Origin: Kofleriaceae bacterium
GTDB lineage: Bacteria > Myxococcota_A > Polyangia > Haliangiales > Haliangiaceae
Direction of reading: 5' to 3'
NCBI GenBank assembly: GCA_964203225.1
Contig: CAXNMK010000002.1
Coordinates: forward strand, 609,664 to 673,663
DNA: 64,000 bases
Shown: positions 19,135 to 28,533 of the stretch, in pieces
Layout of the letters: each line of letters starts with the position of its first letter
Numbering within the stretch: position 1 is the stretch's first letter
Made by a program: the position numbers and the translations under genes
The notes under the pieces: model-generated
The model's input: the letters and a program-made list of their open reading frames with translations, nothing else
Database searches by the model: none
What the model was told of the DNA's origin: nothing

Positions 19135-19813
19135 GGCGTTTAGGCGCACGACCTCGCCCGAGGTGATGCCCGCGCCGGACGATCTCACCGCTCGCATGGT
19201 GGGGATCGGGATGAACATCGCCGCGGCGGCGCAGCCGGACGCCGACATCGAGGGCACGCTCGTGTTCGCGTCGGCGCTCGGCATGGACGACGGTGATCTG
19301 CGCGTGCTCGCCGTGCTGACCACCTGGCTCGGTGTTCATCACGCGCACGTCAACGCGGACCGGCTCGTGCGCCTCGTCGGTACGCATCCATCGGCGCGCG
19401 TCCGCGCGTACTGGGCGGCTGTCGCGACGTGGCTCGCGAAGGATCGCCGGCTCGCGCGCCTCGCGGCCGCACACACGGGGGACCCGATCGACCTGCTGCC
19501 CACCGGCACGGCGTTCCAGCTCGAGCGGCGCGGCGCGGACCCGCGGTTCCAGGGCGGAGCGCTGCGCGTGCCGAACGGCACCATGCGCGACCGGCCCGCG
19601 GACGTGCTGACCCCGGAGGCCCTGGTGCGGCGTCACGCGGGCTACCGCAACCGCGTGCTGATGGGCCCGTCGTTCCGCGCGGACGTGTGGACCGCGCTCG
19701 AGCGCGCGCCCGACCTGTCGATCACCGAGGTCGCGCGGCAGGCCGCGTGCTCGTTCGCGACCGCCTGGCAGGCGACCCAGGACTACCGGCTGCTGCGCGC
19801 CGCGGGCCGTTGA
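19133..19813 (+). CDS. hypothetical protein with an HTH-like C-terminus
   Basis: It reads MAFRRTTSPEVMPAPDD... to the stop at 19813. The C-terminal LSITEVARQAACSFATAW looks HTH-like. The upstream part of the listed ORF is Arg/Ser-rich and was rejected. Confidence 0.45.
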   Translation: MAFRRTTSPEVMPAPDDLTARMVGIGMNIAAAAQPDADIEGTLVFASALGMDDGDLRVLAVLTTWLGVHHAHVNADRLVRLVGTHPSARVRAYWAAVATWLAKDRRLARLAAAHTGDPIDLLPTGTAFQLERRGADPRFQGGALRVPNGTMRDRPADVLTPEALVRRHAGYRNRVLMGPSFRADVWTALERAPDLSITEVARQAACSFATAWQATQDYRLLRAAGR

Positions 19814-19856
19814 GTGGGCAGGTCGGTCATCGGCGGGTGGGGGCCGGGCGTGCACC

Positions 19857-20079
19857 GTCTCTGCGGAGACGTCGCCGACCGTCTCCGCGGAGACGTCGCC
19901 GAACCACATTCGGGTAGGCACGGCGCGGGGGGCAACGGGGTCCGGCGAAACCAACACAACCATCTGTGGATAACTCGCCACGTGCGCCGACGCAGCGAGT
20001 TGCCGACGCGGACCGTCTCCGCGGAGACGTCGCCGATCGTCGTCGCGTGCAGGCCGCCCCGCAACGTCTCCGCGGAGAC
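19857..20079. repeat. four copies of a 23-bp element containing the 14-bp perfect palindrome GTCTCCGCGGAGAC
   Basis: Copies are at 19857-19878 (one mismatch), 19881-19902, 20015-20036 and 20066-20087. The first two are tandem. The core is CGTCTCCGCGGAGACGTCGCCGA. Confidence 0.85.
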
Positions 20080-20218
20080 GTCGCTGAACGTCATCCGGGC
20101 GACGGTGCTGGCACCGGCGGTTCGCGCGGGCGTGATGCCCGCGCAGGGCGCGTGCTAGCGTTCATGGGTGAGCGCGAGCGCCCGCGCCGCGGATGTGCGC
20201 CGCGGCGGGACGCGGTCG

Positions 20219-21550
20219 ATGACACGCGCGTGGTGCACGCTCGTCGCCCTCGCGGCGTGCTCGAGCCCGGCCCCGCGGTCGCCCGCGCCACCGGCGCCGT
20301 GGACCGACGCGTGGATCCTCGCGCAGGCGCCGACGTACCTGGCCGACACCGCCGGGCGGCGCGCCGCGCTCGAGGCCTCGCTGTCCAACCCAGGAAATCT
20401 CTATGCGCGCCAGCGGCTGATGTCGTACGGGCTCGGCGACCGCGGCTGGGACCTGCTGCCGGCGTGGAACCCGCGCTCGCGGCCGGTGACCGCCCTGCTC
20501 GCCGCCACGCTCGCGACCGGTGACATCCCCGCGCTGCCCGACGACGCTCCGCCGCTGTGGGACGGCACCACGCCGACGACGATGGCGGCGTGGGTCGCCC
20601 TCGGCAGGCGCGTGTTCCTGGGCTACCCGATGCGCGCCGAGGTGTTCATGGAGTACGGGCTGACCGAGCCCGCGCTCGCCGCGTCCGTCGGCATCGAGCG
20701 CGCCGCGACCGGCGATGTCCCGGGGCTGGTCGTGTTCGCCGACGTCGGCGAAGAGGCGCGGGTCGGCATCACCTGCGCGATCTGCCACGCGAGCGTTCAG
20801 GGCGGCGAGGTCGTGCTCGGCCAGGCGCGGCGGAGCTTCGACTACGGCCGCCTGCGCGTCACCTACGACCGCGTGCACGCGGTGCCCGTCGATCCCGAGG
20901 AGGCGCGCCGGATGGCGGCGTGGGGGCCCGGGCGCGCGGACGTGACCGAGGACTCCGACGAGGATCCGGTCGCGATCCCCGATCTGTGGGGCCTGCGCGC
21001 GCAGCGCTGGCTGACGGCCGCCGGGACGATCCGCCACACGTCGCCGCTCGCGCTCGCGATCCGGCAGGAGACGCAGCTGATCGACTCGAACCACCAGCTG
21101 ATCCGCCCGCCGCGCGAGCTCGCGTGGGCGCTCGCGATGTTCCTCTACTCGCTGGCCCCGCCGGCGCGCGTGCCCGCGACGGCGTCACCGCTGATCGCGC
21201 GGGGCGTGCAGCTGTTCGCGGCGCACTGCGCGTCGTGCCACGCGAACGCAGCCGGAGGTGGCGGCGTGATCGCGGCCGCGCGGATCGGCACCGATCCGGC
21301 GCTCGCCACCGGGCGGGGACGTGGCACGGGCACGTACCGGGTGCCGGCGCTGCTCGGCGTCGGGGCAGGCGCGCCGTACCTGCACCAGGGCGCGGTCGCC
21401 TCCCTCGACGAGCTGCTGTCCCCGGCGCGGTTCGCGGCGGACCATGCCGGCGGAACGCGCGGGCCGGGCGCGATCCTCGGGCATGACGCGGGCACGGACC
21501 TGGGCGCCGATGACCGCGCGGCGCTGATCGCGTTCCTCGAGACGCTGTGA
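20219..21550 (+). CDS. di-heme cytochrome c peroxidase-like lipoprotein
   Basis: The ATG at 20219 gives MTRAWCTLVALAACSS (lipobox). Two CxxCH motifs are present (CAICH at 20773, CASCH at 21227). The C-terminal LIAFLETL matches the CCP family and the gene at 5078. Confidence 0.8.
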   Translation: MTRAWCTLVALAACSSPAPRSPAPPAPWTDAWILAQAPTYLADTAGRRAALEASLSNPGNLYARQRLMSYGLGDRGWDLLPAWNPRSRPVTALLAATLATGDIPALPDDAPPLWDGTTPTTMAAWVALGRRVFLGYPMRAEVFMEYGLTEPALAASVGIERAATGDVPGLVVFADVGEEARVGITCAICHASVQGGEVVLGQARRSFDYGRLRVTYDRVHAVPVDPEEARRMAAWGPGRADVTEDSDEDPVAIPDLWGLRAQRWLTAAGTIRHTSPLALAIRQETQLIDSNHQLIRPPRELAWALAMFLYSLAPPARVPATASPLIARGVQLFAAHCASCHANAAGGGGVIAAARIGTDPALATGRGRGTGTYRVPALLGVGAGAPYLHQGAVASLDELLSPARFAADHAGGTRGPGAILGHDAGTDLGADDRAALIAFLETL

Positions 21551-22246
21551 TCAGGTCTTGACGTTGGGCGGCAGGATCGTCGGCGCGGCGATGTGCACGT
21601 CCTTCGACACGGTCTGCGCATCACCACCGACGGTGACCGTGGCCTTGACCGTGTACGTCAGGTCGTGCCGCCCCACGGGGTTCAGCGACGGCTGCGACAG
21701 GACGTAGCTGACGTTGAGCGTCTGCCCCGCGGCGATCGACCCGCCCCACGGCTGGTACGCGCCCTTGGCCACCGACCACACGCGCGGCGACTTCGCCGTC
21801 AGCACGCCGAGCGCCGCGCCGCTGTCGTCGAACAGCTCGACCTTCTTGACCCGGAGCGTCGTCGTCTTCGCGCCGGCCGCCGCGGTCGCCGACAGCTGCA
21901 TCGACGTCTGCTCGCAGCGCCGGCTCTCGCGCTTCGCCTTGGCCGTGGGTTCGTACGGCGCGTCGGCCTTGGCGCGCGCACCAGAATCCAGCGCCGGATT
22001 CTGCTGCGACGCCGGCATCGACGCCGTCCTCGGCGGGGGCGGCGCCGCGAACGTTGGTGCGCTGGCGGGCGCCGCGCCGCCGCAGTCATCCGCCAGGGTC
22101 GCGGCGGTCATCACGACCGTGATCTTGGGCGCGGGCGCCGGCTTGCGCGCCGGCGCCGGCCTGCTCGCGGGCGGACGCGCCACCTGTTCGGCCATCGCGA
22201 CGTTCGCCGCCAGCATGGCCACACACCACACGGAAACCTTCAGCAT
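21551..22246 (-). CDS. secreted hypothetical protein (231 aa)
   Basis: It has a signal peptide (MLKVSVWCVAMLAANVAMA), an Ala/Pro-rich linker and a beta-rich C-terminal domain. It is convergent with the CCP gene. Confidence 0.55.
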   Translation of the reverse strand: MLKVSVWCVAMLAANVAMAEQVARPPASRPAPARKPAPAPKITVVMTAATLADDCGGAAPASAPTFAAPPPPRTASMPASQQNPALDSGARAKADAPYEPTAKAKRESRRCEQTSMQLSATAAAGAKTTTLRVKKVELFDDSGAALGVLTAKSPRVWSVAKGAYQPWGGSIAAGQTLNVSYVLSQPSLNPVGRHDLTYTVKATVTVGGDAQTVSKDVHIAAPTILPPNVKT

Positions 22247-22383
22247 CCCGCAACGCTAACACCGCGGCGGGCGCGGGGCCCGGCCGAACATCGGCAGCCT
22301 GGGAGATCAAGGCCCGGTCGATGTTCGATCGACAGGCTCTGCCGGGCGGCCCGCTGCGCTCCGGTCCTCCGCGCCGTGGCGAG

Positions 22384-22397
22384 GTCTCCGCGGAGAC
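22384..22397. repeat. fifth copy of the GTCTCCGCGGAGAC palindrome
   Basis: An exact 14-mer lies in the divergent promoter region between 22246 and 22518. Confidence 0.85.
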
Positions 22398-22517
22398 GTG
22401 CATGGATCGCGTCGGCCCGCGCGCACTTCGGCCCGGCGGACCTTGCGCCGCGCGGACTTCGCCCGCGCGCCACCCGGTCGCTTGTGACCTGCGCCGGGGC
22501 GGCGCAGACTCGGAGGC

Positions 22518-24941
22518 GTGCGTGGACACCTCTCCCTGATCCTGCTGCTCGCGGCCTGTGGAGACAACGCGGCGTCGGGGCCGCCGGTGCTCGTCGCGGA
22601 TCCGGCCATCGAGATCGGCTGCGTCCCGCACGTGGAGGGTCGCGCGCGCGTCAAGGTCGTCGCGTGCGCCGAGGAGCTCGTGCCCGGCGCGCTGGCCGCG
22701 GGCCGCGTGGGGGACTTCGTCCTGGAGAACGGTCGCGTCCGCGTGATCGTGCGCGGGCCCGGCGCCGGTTACTACCTGCATGGCTCGTCGGGCGGCGGCA
22801 TCGTCGACGCGGTCCGCACGACCGCGGACGGGACGAGCGAGGATCTCGTGAAGGAGTTCCTGCCCGCGATCGATCTCGCGGTCGGGGCGTTCGACGAGTT
22901 CGTGATCACCGAGGCCGGCGACGATGGCGCGGCCGAGCTCGTGGTGCGCGGCCGCGTTGCGCCGCTCGAGCTGATCGCGGCCGTCGGGAGCCGCGAGCTG
23001 CCCGACGTCCTCCTCGAGCACCGGTACCGCCTCGCCGCGGACGCCTCCGCCATCGAGCTGACGACGCGTACGTACGAGCTCGGTGGGGCGGCCGCGAGCC
23101 ACGACCTGTACGACGCCATGTTCACCGGCGGACGCGCGCCCGCGTTCATCCCGGGCCTCGGGTTCGTCGGGGGTCAGGTCCGCGGCGAGCTGATCGCGAC
23201 CGCGGGCACCACGACTTCGTACGGCCTGGTCTACGCGGACTCCGCCGGCCTGATCGACCTCGCGGGGATCCGCCTCGTGCAGGGGCCGGCGGTCGACCAG
23301 GTCGGGACGACGCGGCACCTGGTGATCGGCGACGGCACGGTCGAGGACGTGACCCGGCAGGCGTGGGCGCTGCGCGGCACCCCGACCGTCGCGCATGCCG
23401 TGCGGGCGCCGGCCGGCCTCGATCTCGTGGTGCTCGACGCCGCCGATCGCGTGGTCACCATCGCGCGCGCAGACGCCGCCGGGGACGCGACGATCACCGT
23501 TCCGACCGATGCCGGCGCGCTCCGCATCCAGGTTCAGGCGATGGGCTACGCGCCGGTCGCGCCGGTCGCGCTCACCGCCGGCGCCGTCGTGGCGCCCGGG
23601 GCGAGCGGGACGCTCGCGATCTCCGTGCGCGACGACGGCGGCGCCCCGCTCCCCGCGCGCGTCACCATCGAGTCGCCCACGGCGGAACGTCGCATCCTGT
23701 GGACCGATGCCTCGGGCGACCTGCGCGTGCCGCGCGTTCCGGGTACGTCCACGGTCGCGATCTCGCGCGGCCTCGAGTACGACGCGTTCGTCGCGAGTGC
23801 GGTCACCGTGGCCGACGGCCAGACCGCCCCGGTCGCGGCGATCCTCGAGCGCGTGGTCGACACCGGCGGCTGGATCTCGCTCGACACGCACCTCCACTCG
23901 GAGCTATCGACCGACTCGACGTTCCCCGTCGATGATCGGCTGCGCGCGGTCGCCGCCGAGGGCATCGAGGTCCCGGTGTCGACCGACCACGACGTGATCA
24001 CGCCGTACGGCCCCATCATCCGCGCGATCGGGCTCGAAGCGTGGCTCGGCGATCTGATCGGGTCGGAGGTGTCATCGCTGATCTGGGGCCACCTCAACGG
24101 CTTCCCGCTCACGCCCGATGGTGATCGCACCGGCAACGGCAGCCCGAGCTGGCTCCTGCGCACCCCCGCGCAGGTGTTCACCGCGATCCGCGATCGGGGG
24201 CCCGGCGCGATCGTGCAGGTCAACCACCCGCGCGACGGCTCGACGAGCCTGTTCAATGCCCTCGATCTGAACGCCGCCACCGGGCTCGCCGGCGCCGATC
24301 CGGTGGCGCTCGGTCTCCCCGCCGGCACGGACCTCTCGGACCTCGGCTTCGACGCCGTCGAGGTCGCGAACGCGTCGTCCGAGAGCGACTTCGAGGAGGT
24401 GTTCGTCGACTGGCTCCAGCTCGTCAGCCTCGGCCACCCCGCGTGCGCGACGGGCTCGTCCGACTCGCACGGCCCGACGGCATACGCGGGCGAGGCGCGC
24501 ACGTACGTCTACGTCGGGCCCGGCAACGACGATCCGCGGACCGTCGATCAGGACGCGATCGTCGACGCGATCCGCGCGCGGCGCGTGGTCGTGGGCACCG
24601 GCGCGTTCGTCACCGCGGGCATCGAGACGACCGGAGGCACCACGCTGCCCGGGGACACCGCGGTCGTCAGCGGCGAGGTCCGCCTGCGGATCCGGGTCCA
24701 GGCCCCACCCTGGCAGCCGCTGCAGCGGATCCGCATCTACCGCGGCGCCGCCGAGGTCCAGGTCATCGAACTCGCCCCCGCGGACACCGCGGCGGTCCGC
24801 TACGATCAGGTGGTCACCCTCCCGCTGCCGCCGGCCGACACGTTCTACGTCGTCCGCGTCGACGCGACCGGATCTGGCGCGCCGGTCAACGACAGCGCGA
24901 TGCCGTCGTTCACGAACCCGCTGTTCGTCGACGTACCGTAG
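22518..24941 (+). CDS. large lipoprotein with a C-terminal PHP / CehA-McbA-type metal-dependent phosphoesterase domain
   Basis: It has a lipobox (LILLLAACGD). The motif LDTHLHSELSTDS at about 23881 and a downstream STDHDV are PHP-like metal ligands. The protein is 807 aa. Confidence 0.65.
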   Translation: MRGHLSLILLLAACGDNAASGPPVLVADPAIEIGCVPHVEGRARVKVVACAEELVPGALAAGRVGDFVLENGRVRVIVRGPGAGYYLHGSSGGGIVDAVRTTADGTSEDLVKEFLPAIDLAVGAFDEFVITEAGDDGAAELVVRGRVAPLELIAAVGSRELPDVLLEHRYRLAADASAIELTTRTYELGGAAASHDLYDAMFTGGRAPAFIPGLGFVGGQVRGELIATAGTTTSYGLVYADSAGLIDLAGIRLVQGPAVDQVGTTRHLVIGDGTVEDVTRQAWALRGTPTVAHAVRAPAGLDLVVLDAADRVVTIARADAAGDATITVPTDAGALRIQVQAMGYAPVAPVALTAGAVVAPGASGTLAISVRDDGGAPLPARVTIESPTAERRILWTDASGDLRVPRVPGTSTVAISRGLEYDAFVASAVTVADGQTAPVAAILERVVDTGGWISLDTHLHSELSTDSTFPVDDRLRAVAAEGIEVPVSTDHDVITPYGPIIRAIGLEAWLGDLIGSEVSSLIWGHLNGFPLTPDGDRTGNGSPSWLLRTPAQVFTAIRDRGPGAIVQVNHPRDGSTSLFNALDLNAATGLAGADPVALGLPAGTDLSDLGFDAVEVANASSESDFEEVFVDWLQLVSLGHPACATGSSDSHGPTAYAGEARTYVYVGPGNDDPRTVDQDAIVDAIRARRVVVGTGAFVTAGIETTGGTTLPGDTAVVSGEVRLRIRVQAPPWQPLQRIRIYRGAAEVQVIELAPADTAAVRYDQVVTLPLPPADTFYVVRVDATGSGAPVNDSAMPSFTNPLFVDVP

Positions 24942-24951
24942 CTCGACAGGG

Positions 24952-25665
24952 TCAGTCGACGTGCTTCGCGGGGATGGTCGGGCGGTCGTCGGCGGGAAGG
25001 GCGGTGGTGGGCTTGCCGGTGGCGTCGATGTAGCCGGGCTTGTTCCCGATCGCGACCTTGGCCACGCCGTGGCAGAACGGGTACGCGAACGCGTACTGCG
25101 GCTTGATGGCGACCTTGCCGTCGAGATCGACGAACCCGAACCGGCCCTGGGCGTCGACGATCCGGACGAAGCCGTCGCTCCAGTAGTCCGGGCCGTTGTC
25201 GAACAGGAACGCGGTGCCGAGCTCGGCGCCGGCGGGGTCGATGAACCGGAACGGGTGGCCCTTGCTGGTGGCGACGGTGACGGCGGCGGCGCCGCGCCCG
25301 TCGAACGCGGTGGCCTCGCGGTAGCGCGCGGGGATGACGACCTTGCCGGCCGCGGTCTTGTAGCCCCACAGCTCGGTCTTCGGATCCTGGAACGCGACGA
25401 GGTCGGGCGGCGTGATGGTCGGGACGCGGGGCGGGGTCGACGCGCACTCGTCGCCCTCGGTCGGCGGCTCCATGGCCGCGGCGGGCTCGGCCGCCGCCGG
25501 TGCGGCGTCGACGGGCGTCGGCGCGGGGAGGGTGGCGGCGGGGGCCGGGGCCCTGGCGACCGCGGGCGGGACCACCGAGGGAGGCGGCGGCTCGCGCGAG
25601 CAGCCGGCGAGCGCGGCGGCGAGAAGGGCTCCAGCGAGGGCGAGGCGCGACATGCGGACCATCAT
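24952..25665 (-). CDS. WG-repeat lipoprotein
   Basis: It has a lipobox (ALAGCS) and a Pro/Ala linker. Repeated WGY / GFVD / GYIDATGKP-type units match WG-containing beta repeats. Confidence 0.6.
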   Translation of the reverse strand: MMVRMSRLALAGALLAAALAGCSREPPPPSVVPPAVARAPAPAATLPAPTPVDAAPAAAEPAAAMEPPTEGDECASTPPRVPTITPPDLVAFQDPKTELWGYKTAAGKVVIPARYREATAFDGRGAAAVTVATSKGHPFRFIDPAGAELGTAFLFDNGPDYWSDGFVRIVDAQGRFGFVDLDGKVAIKPQYAFAYPFCHGVAKVAIGNKPGYIDATGKPTTALPADDRPTIPAKHVD

Positions 25666-25713
25666 GCCCCCGGTGAGCGGGGCGTGTCGCGCCCGGCGTG
25701 TCGCGGCGGGTGA

Positions 25714-26538
25714 TCAGCCGAGGACGCGGTTGTCGATCAGGCGCGTGGTGCCGACGAACACGGCCATCGCGAGCACGGCACGCTTCTCGACGCGGACCAG
25801 CTCGGTGAGGTCGTCGGGATCGCGCAGCTCGAGGTAGTCGATGCGGGCGAGGCCGGCGTCGACGATCGCGGTGATCGGCGCGCGCGCGGTGGCGACCAGG
25901 CTTGCGGCGTCGCGCTCACCCGCGGCGAACGCGGCGGCGGCGGCGGCGAGGCCGCGCGACAGGGCGAGCGCGGCGGTGCGCTGCTCCGGGGACAGGTACG
26001 CGTTGCGCGAGCTCATCGCCAGGCCGTCCGGTTCGCGGACGATGGGCACGCCGACGATGGTGACGTCGAAGTCGAGATCGCGCGTCATCCGGCGGATGAT
26101 CGCGAGCTGCTGGTAGTCCTTCTCGCCGAACACCGCGAGGTGCGGCTTGGTGATGTGGAACAGCTTGGCGACGATGGTGGCGACGCCGGCGAAGTGGCCG
26201 GGCCGGCTCGCGCCGCACAGCGGCCGCTGCAGCTCGCGGACCTCGACGAACGTCTGCGCGCCAGCCGGGTACATCGCGGCGGCGTCGGGGCAGAACGCGA
26301 GGTCGATGCCGGCGGCGCGCGCCTGGGCGAGATCGCCCTCCTCGTCGCGCGGGTAGCGGGACAGGTCCTCGGTGGCCCCGAACTGGGTGGGGTTGACGAA
26401 GATCGTCAGGATCACGACGTCGGCGCGGGCGCGCGCCTGGCGCACCAGCTCGAGGTGGCCTTCGTGGAGGGCGCCCATCGTGGGGACCACGGCGATCCGC
26501 CGGCCATCGCGGCGGAGATCCTCGACGCGTGCGCGCAT
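25714..26538 (-). CDS. panC: pantoate--beta-alanine ligase
   Basis: The motif IAVVPTMGALHEGHLELV is present. The ORF opens at 26580, but the internal Met at 26538 fits the PanC N-terminus better. Confidence 0.9.
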   Translation of the reverse strand: MRARVEDLRRDGRRIAVVPTMGALHEGHLELVRQARARADVVILTIFVNPTQFGATEDLSRYPRDEEGDLAQARAAGIDLAFCPDAAAMYPAGAQTFVEVRELQRPLCGASRPGHFAGVATIVAKLFHITKPHLAVFGEKDYQQLAIIRRMTRDLDFDVTIVGVPIVREPDGLAMSSRNAYLSPEQRTAALALSRGLAAAAAAFAAGERDAASLVATARAPITAIVDAGLARIDYLELRDPDDLTELVRVEKRAVLAMAVFVGTTRLIDNRVLG

Positions 26539-26624
26539 CGCGGCCGGCTCGCGGAACACCTCGAACGGGACGCGGATCACGACGGCACTCTACCGCGCGC
26601 GCGTCGTGCGCGCCGGTCCCCGGC

Positions 26625-27608
26625 TCAGCAGTTCGCGAGGTTCATGCACTCCTGCAGCGTGCTCATCAGCAGCAGGAGGTCCACCGTCGAGCCGCCCTGG
26701 AGGTTGGCGCACGACAGGCCCTCGATGCGGTCGACGCAGCGCTGGGCGGCCGGGCAGGTCGGCAGGGTGCCGTCGGCGAGGGTGTCGATCACCGTGCAGT
26801 ACTCGCCGAGGTCGGGGCTGCACGACGCGAGCTTCTTGCACGCGCGCGCCGCCAGGGTGATGTACGAGCGGGCGTCGCCGCCGAACATTCCGCCGGCACC
26901 ACCGCCGCCGGCTGCACCGCCGCCGGCACCACCGCCGCCGGGGCCGAACGGGTTGGCGAACGGATCCGCGCTGAGGTCGTCGGGATCGGGCGTGGGGGCG
27001 GGAGCGGGATCGGGATCTAGATCGGGCACCTGCTGCGGCACCGTGCCGGGCGGCGGGGTGGGCGCGGCCCACGGATCGGCGCCGCCGGGCGCGCCCGGCG
27101 CGCCCGGGATGACGTTCGGCTGGGGCGTGGGCAGCACCGGCGTGACGTCCATCCGCTCGGGCGCGGGCGGCGGGCGCAGCACCCGTGGATCGGCCTTGGC
27201 CTCGGGGGTGGCGGGCGGCCACAGCATCAGCACGAGGGCTGCCACGATCGCGATCGCGGCCAGGACGATCACGATGATCGGCCAGGTCCGCCACAGGCCG
27301 CGCGCCGGGGCGGCGTCCTGGCGGCCGGTCGGGCGCGGCGGCAGCACCGGGGTCGAGCCGAGGTCGGCGGCGTACGCGGCGGCGACCGGCAGCGGCGCGA
27401 ACTCGGTGCGGGGCGCGGCTTCGATGGGCGCCGTGGCCGCGACGAGCGGCGGCAGCGCGGCCGCGGCGGCCGGGCGCGACGAGCGATGCGCGGACAGGTC
27501 TGCCTTGCAGTGCCGGCACCGCCCCGCGACGGGGTGGATCAGGCCGCCGCACCGCGGACATGACACGCGAGCTTCCGACGGGCCGGGAGGACGAGCCACC
27601 GCTGCCAT
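26625..27608 (-). CDS. membrane-anchored zinc-ribbon protein with a Pro-rich linker, a Gly-rich segment and a Cys-rich C-terminal domain
   Basis: The ATG is at 27608. It has CPRCGGLIHPVAGRCRHC, a TM helix (WPIIVIVLAAIAIVAALVLMLW), a PxP-rich region, a poly-G/A stretch and 10 Cys at the C-terminus. Confidence 0.55.
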   Translation of the reverse strand: MAAVARPPGPSEARVSCPRCGGLIHPVAGRCRHCKADLSAHRSSRPAAAAALPPLVAATAPIEAAPRTEFAPLPVAAAYAADLGSTPVLPPRPTGRQDAAPARGLWRTWPIIVIVLAAIAIVAALVLMLWPPATPEAKADPRVLRPPPAPERMDVTPVLPTPQPNVIPGAPGAPGGADPWAAPTPPPGTVPQQVPDLDPDPAPAPTPDPDDLSADPFANPFGPGGGGAGGGAAGGGGAGGMFGGDARSYITLAARACKKLASCSPDLGEYCTVIDTLADGTLPTCPAAQRCVDRIEGLSCANLQGGSTVDLLLLMSTLQECMNLANC

Positions 27609-27741
27609 GCCCTCATGCTGGCAGGAGATCCGCCCGGATGCAAAGCGATGCAACGCGATCGTCCGGGCGTGCGCGGAGGTGCGCCCTGGCAGCGGCTGGC
27701 AACCGCTTGCCGAGCCTCCGTGCGCACCGCACAGTGCCTCG

Positions 27742-28533
27742 ATGCCCGGCCTTGCTCCTCCGCGGGTGACCCGCCACGACGTGTTCGTCCGCGGCCTCGA
27801 CCCGCGCCACGACGGGGTGCGGATCGCGCACCTGTCGGACATCCACGTCGGCTCGCTGACGCCCGCGACGCACATCCGCGCGGCGATCGACGCGTGCAAC
27901 GCCGAGGCGCCCGATCTGGTCGCGCTGACCGGCGACTACGTGTGCTGGCGCCGCAGCGACGTGGCCCGCGCGTCCGAGCAGCTCGGCGGCCTGCGCGCGC
28001 CGCGCGTGCTCGCGGTACTCGGCAACCACGACTACTTCGTGTGGGGCGCCGGCGTCCGCCACGTCCTCGAGGGCCACGGCTACGACGTGCTCCGCAACCA
28101 GACCACCGTGTGCGAGGTGCGCGGCGCGCCGCTCGCGCTGGTCGGCGTCGACGATCCGGTGACCCGCCACCACGATCTCGACGAGGCGTTCCGCGGTGCG
28201 CCCGCGCATGTCTCGCGCGTGGTGCTGTGCCACGGGCCGGATCTCGCGCCGCAGATCGCGCCCCGCGGCGCGGCGCTGGTGCTGTCGGGTCACACCCACG
28301 GCGGCCAGATCTACGTGAAGGGGCTGACCGAGCGCGTGATGAAGCGACTCGGGCTCGGCTACCGGCGCGGGCTGTACGACGTCGGCTCGCCCGCGGGGGC
28401 GCCGGTGGGCTCGACCCAGCTCTACGTCACGCCCGGCGTCGGGTTCTCGGGCGTCACGCGCCGCCACGGCGAGGGCACGCACGCCGAGGTCGCGGTGCTC
28501 ACGCTGCGGGTCGCGCGGCCGGCGCCGCGCTGA
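27742..28533 (+). CDS. calcineurin-like metallophosphoesterase
   Basis: The motifs are HLSDIHVG, LTGDYV, GNHDY, GHTHGG and a C-terminal GVGFSG. Confidence 0.8.
   Translation: MPGLAPPRVTRHDVFVRGLDPRHDGVRIAHLSDIHVGSLTPATHIRAAIDACNAEAPDLVALTGDYVCWRRSDVARASEQLGGLRAPRVLAVLGNHDYFVWGAGVRHVLEGHGYDVLRNQTTVCEVRGAPLALVGVDDPVTRHHDLDEAFRGAPAHVSRVVLCHGPDLAPQIAPRGAALVLSGHTHGGQIYVKGLTERVMKRLGLGYRRGLYDVGSPAGAPVGSTQLYVTPGVGFSGVTRRHGEGTHAEVAVLTLRVARPAPR

Noticed and set aside
17765-19981. 738-aa minus-strand ORF spanning the MepA-like gene and downstream genes
   Set aside because: It is an Arg-rich artefact antisense to three better-supported genes. Its N-terminus is generated by the palindromic repeat cluster (DVSAET peptides).
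21593-23935. 780-aa plus ORF and 603-aa minus ORF (22086..23897) overlapping the secreted-protein and PHP-lipoprotein genes
   Set aside because: Both are more than 25% Arg with no domains. The alternative frames carry a signal peptide and the PHP motifs.
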